Source of the DNA: Octopus vulgaris
Lineage: Eukaryota
Assembly: GCA_951406725.2 (NCBI GenBank)
Contig: OX597828.1
Location: forward strand, 9,982,001-10,046,000
Direction of reading: 5' to 3'
DNA length: 64,000 nt
Position 1 is the stretch's first letter. Every line of letters begins with the position of its first letter. A model generated the notes under the pieces. The model made no database searches. It was not told where the DNA came from and saw nothing but the letters and a program-made list of their open reading frames with translations. Position numbers and translations under genes: made by a program. Of the stretch, positions 56,176-64,000 are shown piece by piece.

Positions 56176-57985
56176 ACATCATACTTACATTCATGCCTGT
56201 ATACACTTATACATAACTATATGATTGCAGAAATCAGACGCTGTAAGTATCAAACACTTATGGAAATAACTTTCTCAGTGTAAGATTCTTCTCTTTTTTC
56301 ATGTAACAGATATCTATACTGTTTTACATTCGTGACAATTAGATTGCCAGAAATTTCAGATAATTTCATTCCTCTGAATCATCACATCAATGCTATGTTG
56401 TCCAGATTTTAATCATTTACGTTTTCGGTAGCATCGAATGTTAGATCGATTTAAGCGGCAAACTTTACTGCTTACAGTTTCTCAACATGTCTTATATGAA
56501 GTCATTTGTGTTCAAATTTACTTAATAAATCACATTCATTTTGTCAAAGAAGTTCCACTAAAATTTTCAACGAGTGATAAAACTTAGAAACACTCACAGA
56601 CTTTCTGAAAGGCACCACATGTATTTGGCGGTGATTAACAGTAGTGATATGTGTCATTGTACAAAAAAATATTGTCGAGTTTATTGTTTATTGTCAGATA
56701 TATTTAGCTTCCCGTGTTCACAAAAATGTTTTATAGGAAAAGGTTAACGCCATTATCTAAAGCGCAATATAAATCACAAATTCATCTTATATATTGCATT
56801 GTCTGACCTATCAAGGAGCAGAGTATGGGAAAATATTTGGTGAATGATGAACCAATTACGTATTTACAGATTATGTACTAAAATAATTAAACAATTGTCA
56901 TTAAACGAATTTCTAGTGCTCTTCAGTATCTAGTCTGATTTTCGATCATAATTTCGCAAATCCGGCTCTTCTATGTGTAGAGAATTAGTGCCCATGTAAA
57001 TACTTATTAATTGAAGACTTATCGCAAAATTAAAACTATGATCTTGGAATATAAGAATGTAGTCTAAAGTATTATAAATCTGAGATCGGAAACGAAACGC
57101 TGAATCATTCCTTTATCTCTTACTTAATGACGTTATAAATCATTAAGATATATCAACTCGTAACAAAAGCACACCAAAGAGACAGGAAATTACTGAGAAT
57201 AAATTCCGAATGTTTTGATCTGACGAGTTTTAATAAATATACTTCCCTATTGAATGATCTTTCATATCATCCATGAAACAATACGCTGCTTGTGTTGGCA
57301 CTCTCGTTTAAACGTTATGGAAGACAGAATATAACGACTTTGACATGTAAATGAAGAATTCGGTTTAAATAAGCATCTACACGACACAATCTCGTTTAAT
57401 TATGAAAATAAAATCAATCTAATTTCTATACATCTTGACACACTTCACATTATTACAACCTATTGCCGCGTATATATAAATATAAAACGCTAAAGTATTG
57501 TGTGCCATTAGATAATTACTAGCCAATATAGAATTAACGTGGAGATACTATTTACAGACTGAATGGAATAATACTTAACGATTATTACTACAGTTACTAT
57601 ACCATGGACAATGTTTTTAACAATTGTTGGTCTCTGTGATATATAACACTAAGTGTGGACATACAAAACCATCGTGGAATCATCTATATGGTGGTTAAAT
57701 CATTGCAGCCGTATACTCATCAAATCGCACTTTATCATATACATTAAGAGGACACACTAAATGACGTGATCTTATTTGTACTCTACTAAAAGTGGAAAAC
57801 ATTTCTTCACTATCCCATAAGTCACAATTTGGGGCTAAGTATCAACTTGATTTCATACATTTCTTATAGGTACCCATATAAATGTTTCTTTGTTTTCCTT
57901 TTGTCACATGAGCTCAAAATATAAATAAACACTTATACTTCGACTAGGGATTGAATAAGCTATTCTTATATACACGCACTTCCAT

Positions 57986-58200
57986 CATTTTCTACTCTAG
58001 GCACAAGGCCCGAAATTTTGGGGGATGAGTCTAGTCGATTAGATCGACCTCAGTGAGCAACTGGTACTTATTTTATCTACACCGAAAGGATGAAAGGCAA
58101 AGTCGACCTCGGCGGAATTTTAGCTCAGAACGTAAAGTCGGACGAAATACCGCTAAGCATTTCGCCTGGCGTGCTAACGTTTCTGCCAGATCACTGCCTT
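57986..58200 (-). mobile_element. SINE family B
   Basis: ctctaggcacaaggcccgaaattttg..gaaaggatgaaaggcaaagtcgacctcggcggaatt..gcatttcgcctggcgtgctaacg. Confidence 0.9.
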
Positions 58201-58251
58201 AATACACGCACAATTATCATCCCACACACAAACAAGCACATATATCTGTCA

Positions 58252-58330
<79 letters not shown>

Positions 58331-58368
58331 CATACATACATTTACATATACATCTGTATGTATATATA

Positions 58369-58411
<43 letters not shown>

Positions 58412-58425
58412 TATATATATATATG

Positions 58426-58612
58426 TAGACCATGAAAGCAAAAAAAAAACACAACAACGCGAGGACGTGGAACAAATATAGTATTATTGGACGCTCAGGA
58501 AAGAAGGAAAGAAGGAGGGTTTAACGTTTCGAGCGGAGCTCTTCGTCGGAAACATAGGAGAAGGAAAGATCCAAAGAAGGGAAGACGGAGGAAAAAAATC
58601 GCCAACGGTACA
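58426..58612 (-). mobile_element. Short hammerhead-bearing element inserted in (TA)n (probable Penelope-like pLTR)
   Basis: Homologous to 63884-63951 (+); TA tracts on both sides. Confidence 0.7.
58519..58553 (-). ncRNA. Minimal type I hammerhead ribozyme motif (U4C variant)
   Basis: Minus strand gttt-CCGACGA-a-gagc tcc gctc-GAAA-cg-TT-aaac: perfect stems I and II, palindromic AACGTT in place of stem III; the homolog at 63943-63951 reads gtttCTGAT. Confidence 0.7.
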
Positions 58613-59446
58613 TATATATACATATACATTCATGAAGATAGATAAATATATAGATTGATTGATAGATAGTAAGGCAGATAGATAATAGATAGATACACAG
58701 ATAGATAAAAATGTATGCCCATCCACAAATTTATATGTATATATATGTAAGTGAGAGTATTCAGGTATATGGGAATTATTGTATCAAAATTCGAGAGAAT
58801 GCGATAGAAATAGATAGATTGAGAGAGAGAGAGAGAAAGTACAGTATATCAAAAAGTCAGTCTCTGTAAATGGGAAATTATTTCATCCATTTCCTCCCTT
58901 CCAGGAAGAGAATTAGGTATCTGAACCAGTAGATTAGTACCTCAAGCCGCACAAAAGTATATTGCAATATTCGGCCTAACAGTTGAGATCTCGATCGATG
59001 AATAAAAATGTTTGAAACGTGTAACTGTTTGTCATTCTTACGGTTTCTACAAGAAAATAAAAACACCGTTCGTTTATCAAGTATTAACGCCAGTAGACTT
59101 GTCAGATGTGAGCGTTTGTAACAAAGCGCTAAGAAGATGATGGAAAATGTATGATGGAGAATAACATGATGAGAAGAGCGGCTCGTATCTTAAATGTGAT
59201 TAGTATGAAGCGATGTGCAACAATCAGCACTGGATTTTCGAAAGCATTTGTTGCAGACACTGAAGTTAAGGAGGAGTTTTACACTAACGTCAAAATCGAT
59301 CAGTTAGTAAGGTGCTCAAATCTGACGAAGAACCTGTCAGAACAAAGAATGTATCGTCACCACATCAGCAATTGGAGTACAGAACAGATATGAACGTACA
59401 ATTGTTGCGACTTCGGTATAAGGAATGCAAGCATTTTCAACTTATT

Positions 59447-59671
59447 TCTTTATTGCCCACAATTGGCTAAACATAGAGGGGACAAACAGGACAAAGTGAT
59501 TAAGTCGATTATATCGACCCCAGTGCCTAACTGGTACTTATTTAATCGACCCCGAAAGGATGAGGAGGCAAAGTCGACCTCGGCGGAATTTGAACTCAGA
59601 ACGTAACAGCAGACGAAATGCCCCTAAGTATTTCGTCCGGCGTGCTAAAGTTTATGCCAGCTCGCCGCCTT
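59447..59671 (-). mobile_element. Full-length SINE family B with 15-bp TSD
   Basis: TSD cattttcaacttatt at 59432-59446 and 59672-59686. Confidence 0.92.
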
Positions 59672-61139
59672 CATTTTCAACTTATTAAGGGTTCAACTGT
59701 CTAGAAACTTTTGGCAAGTAAATATTTTCTGTATGTTAATATTATGAAACAAAACTGAGTTCAGTATTTAATCATATCCTGGTAGTGTTGACATAAAATT
59801 ATTTAGAAGAAGAAATGGACACATTGAGTGATTTATTGTGGTACTGTTATAAAATTTTAGGTCATTGCGAAATGAAGAGCATTGTAAGAATTGTAAAAGA
59901 AGCAGCGTGATGAGACATATATGTTAGATGGTGATTGTAGTTTATTGGATCATTGTGCCCTTGGCAATCAGCTTAATTCGTTTTTTTTTTCTTTTGTTAC
60001 AGTGTGGGTTGATTCTGTAAGAGCAGAAGTTCCAAAATTTATTTGTAGCAACTTTAAAATACAGAAGATTTTGTGCGGACTAGACTATAGATTAGGGCAT
60101 GTAGAAGCATTAGCTACCAAATTCCTGGCATACAATTATTATGCGGTCACGTGGTAACACGTATATACGGAGAAAAGGTTTCATAACAAGAACCGATGTT
60201 CGCTGCTTAATGGTCCGTCACATAATTCGATAAAATATTCCAAGTCAACTCATTCTGAAACATTGTTCAGTGTTGAAGCATTCTTCACATTAGGTTTATT
60301 ACGTGTTTTTGTGAGTCCCGAAAAGTTCTATTGTGGATGTGAAATCTATCATTTGTAGTATATATGAGGTTTTATTTCGCCTTATGCATATGGTTAGGTG
60401 TGAGATATATTTTTGAGGTACGCATATTGATCGTACATTTGCCCTACAGATGGAGAAATTATGATCGTATTAAAGATGTCTACTGTTCATGATCGCAGTG
60501 CAGAATTGACGAGCATTGTCACAGATGCATGGTTTTAAATCCTTTGTGCACAAACATAGAGACAAATGAAGGTTCATATTATATGTTTGAGGCTGAGCGC
60601 TGTTAGAATGGATGAGATAATGTTCGACATATATACATGTATAGCGAAAAGATTGAATGAGATACCAGTGCAATGTGCTACATCAGCATTGATGGAAATT
60701 GAAGGAAATATATCTACCACTGCACAAATTTTCCTTGTGGTACTACAGGAAACGATGAGGTAAATTCAATGGAGGAGAAATTAAGCTAGCCGCTTTGGGT
60801 TCTAGGTGCGAAATTAATCTTCAGGTATGTTTGTTAAACAAGTCCTGTTAAATTAGGTGCTCTACCTTTAAAATCTAGTGCGTATTTGCATATTGCTTAA
60901 AGAAGAATCCAAAATCATGATGTACAAAACGAAGAAAGAGTTTACCAAATTCTTAGAAGAAAACCGTTCAAAAATTACATTCTAAGATTACATGTCAACT
61001 CAGAAATACAGATAAAGAAGCCAAAGGTCACGATACCGAAACCATATATTCATCAACCTGGTAGTTATTATTAAGTAGTAGTTTTTATCGTAGATATTAA
61101 ATTTGAGTGTCCGAAGCCAAGTATTTTGGGAAGAGAGAT

Positions 61140-61357
61140 GAATGTCTTTTATCTTTTCACTCATGTTTCACTCATTTCACTGCGGCCTTGCCGGGGCATC
61201 AACTTCAAGGGTTTTAGTCGAACAATTCCACTCCAGGCGTTATGTTTTAAAGCTTAGTATTATTATATCGGTTTCTTTTCCCAAACCGCTAAGTTATGGG
61301 GACACAAACACACCAAGAGCGGTAGGAAGATATAAAGACATACACGCACACTCACAC

Positions 61358-61414
<57 letters not shown>

Positions 61415-61415
61415 T

Positions 61416-61446
<31 letters not shown>

Positions 61447-61457
61447 TATATATATAT

Positions 61458-61504
<47 letters not shown>

Positions 61505-61549
61505 TATAGATAGATAGATAGATTGAAAGATATATATATATATATATAT

Positions 61550-61614
<65 letters not shown>

Positions 61615-61830
61615 TATTGATTGATTGTTTGATATATAGATAGATAGATAGATATATAGATAGATAGAGAGAGAGAAAGAGAGAGAGGAAAGGCTTCTTT
61701 TATTTTCCGTCTATTACTCTCAAGTCTTTGGGCGGCCCGAAGTTATAGTAGCAGATACTTTCCCATATCGCCACACAGTAGGACTGAACCCGGAAGCATT
61801 TGGTTGGGAAGCAAGCTTCTTACCACACGG
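61140..61830 (-). mobile_element. Diverged SINE family A with internal (GATA)n expansion (61360-61670)
   Basis: accgctaagttatggggac on the left, ggactgaacccggaa..ttaccacacggcc on the right. Confidence 0.8.
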
Positions 61831-63033
61831 CCAGAAAATATTCCAAGAAGACATAAAGGTATTGGAAGAAATGATTAATGAAAGTGTTTTTAAATGCATG
61901 ATGGAAATCAATATCAACTCAATCACAATCGAACAGGCTTATGATCAAAGACATTCTAGCCGACACATTTTCCTTCATTTCACTACACATTTATGCTGTC
62001 AGTTGGATAGAAGTATGTGCTTCTTTATTCCTGATATTTCATGTAAATCGAAAACCAACGGGATTTAAACGATCTACTGCATACATAAGGACATTTAAAA
62101 TTATATGGAATAACAAGGGGGTTTAGATTACAATGATTCATAAACCTATACATTTGGTAGAGGGAAATACAGATGAATCTGTCAATTACTTTCAATTAAA
62201 TGCAACACCCATTTTTTTTTAATGGTTTTAAAGAAGACAAATTCTCCGGATTGAAAGATGAGAAACAATTGAATGAGATGGGTTTAATAAAATGATCAGT
62301 TTGGGGTTGGTGTGGATATCACCATCATTCGAATCCAGAAGAATCTGTGATGAACCGTGATAGAAAAAAAGAGAAAAAAAGCTAACACACTGTCATACAT
62401 AAATGGGAAAGAAGAGATATATCTAATAAGCTAAAAATATATGTATATGATGAAAGTAGTTTTGAATCAAGAGATAAACCATTTAGGCAGGAAAAGCCGA
62501 ATACATCTACGATCAAAGAAAATTTTCGGCAGCTAGTTATTAACGGACAACATTTTATAGAAGAATTTCACTATCATATGTCTAAATTAATGAAGCTGGA
62601 AAATTGCCAAATTTACGTTCAAGTGATACGTGACACGACAATTTACTTAATATTTAGACAAAACTTTGTCAACAACTTTATCCTTATATTTTCATTCATC
62701 TCGTGCTTTCTCATAATAAAACTGCCAAAACTACATAGTCTTCCTGTCAGTCTTTTTAATTGGTAAATAGGTTTAGCTGTTACTTATTTGTATTTTATAT
62801 TATATGAAATGAAATGTCTACACCCTGAAATATAACATATGTTTAATGATTTCTTTGTCGAAGCAAACTTAAAGCAAAATTTAGCTTTCGGTTTTACGGT
62901 TATAGACACCATCTGACAAAATAACATAAGTTCCGAAGAACATGAGCCTTACGAACACAATAGATACATAGAAAGCTACATATACATTGTTATGAGCATA
63001 TAAATGAGTGTGTGCATATGTGAGTGTGTGTGT

Positions 63034-63077
<44 letters not shown>

Positions 63078-63348
63078 AACAGCAAAAATGCAAAGCAAGG
63101 TGAAAAAATTGTACACCAATACGAAATGTACCGTAACCTGCCCTTTTATTTAAGCCGGAAAGATCTCCCTAAGCTGTCACTAAGTGAATCACGTTATAGT
63201 TTGTCGGGTAGTTGTCATCGTACTATACCGTCAGAACTTCCCGCCGAACGGTGACGCGAGTCTCTAAGTAATAGTTTGTGAAGATTTTTTCGGACTTAAC
63301 ACAAAGTATATATCTGTGGTAGGGATATATATATATGTGTGTATGTAT

Positions 63349-63727
63349 GGCGACTTAATAACCCAATGGTTACGGCAGCGGACTCGCGGTCGTAGAATCG
63401 AGGTTTCGATTCGCAGACTAGACGTTGTGAGTGTTTATTGAGCGAAAACACCTAAAGCTCCACAAGGCTCCGGCAGGGGATGCTGGTGAACTCTGATGTA
63501 CTCTTGCGCAACACCTTTCTCTCACTCTTTCTTCTTGTTTCTGTTGTACCCCTATTTTGAAAGGGCCAGCCTTGTTACACTCTGTGTCACGCTGAATCCC
63601 CCCCCCCGAGAACTTTGTTAAGGGTACACGTGTCTGTGGAGTGCTCAGCCACGTTAATTTCACGAGCAAGCTGTCCTGCTGATCGGATCAACTGGAATCC
63701 TCGTCGGCATAACCGACGGAGCGCCAC
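63349..63727 (+). mobile_element. Full-length SINE family C
   Basis: Head matches 413-600; tail aagggccagccttgttacactctgtgtcacgctgaatc..taaccgacggagcgcca matches the reverse complement of 45513-45690. Confidence 0.9.
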
Positions 63728-63801
<74 letters not shown>

Positions 63802-63817
63802 TTATGTGCGTATGTAT

Positions 63818-63870
<53 letters not shown>

Positions 63871-63872
<2 letters not shown>

Positions 63873-63951
63873 GTGACCGCGCTTGTACCGTTGGCAATTT
63901 TTTTCCTCCGTCTTCCCTTCTCTGGATCTTACCTTTACCTATGTTTCTGAT
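63871..63951 (+). mobile_element. Truncated copy of the 58426-58612 element, ending inside the hammerhead core
   Basis: tgtaccgttggcaatttttttcctccgtcttcccttc..cctatgtttCTGAT, then (AT)n. Confidence 0.75.
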
Positions 63952-64000
63952 ATATATATCATCGCCCACGCATACTTAGTGTACGAGGTTCGTTTGTTCG

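Noticed and set aside
59150-60770. Short ORFs (DTEVKEEFYT; 60566-60763 with a GT donor) as host exons
   Set aside because: The first resembles a LINE AP-endonuclease scrap; the others have stops in neighbouring frames and form no coherent exon chain.

Overview
AT-rich, repeat-saturated eukaryotic DNA, intergenic or deep intronic. The tRNA-derived SINE families, recognised from memory with no database search, point to an octopus/coleoid cephalopod genome. I can support no intact host protein-coding gene. Most ORFs in the track are translations of (TA)n, (CA)n, (GATA)n or (ATT)n microsatellites or of SINEs. The window holds about 35 copies or fragments of three modular SINE groups, two decayed mariner transposons (one complete with TIRs and TA target site), two 5'-truncated R4/Dong-like non-LTR elements, RTE/CR1 LINE scraps and a probable BEL/Pao gag relic. 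The most notable signal is a set of fold-back (palindromic) elements and short tail elements beside TA-rich microsatellites. One has both arms encoding the C-terminus of a Penelope-type GIY-YIG endonuclease, one is a near-perfect 208-bp-arm hairpin, and several carry minimal hammerhead-ribozyme-like motifs (CUGANGA-stem II-GAAA). Together these suggest a Penelope-like retroelement / minimal-hammerhead system. Two local templated-insertion scars and modular SINE domain swaps are also visible.
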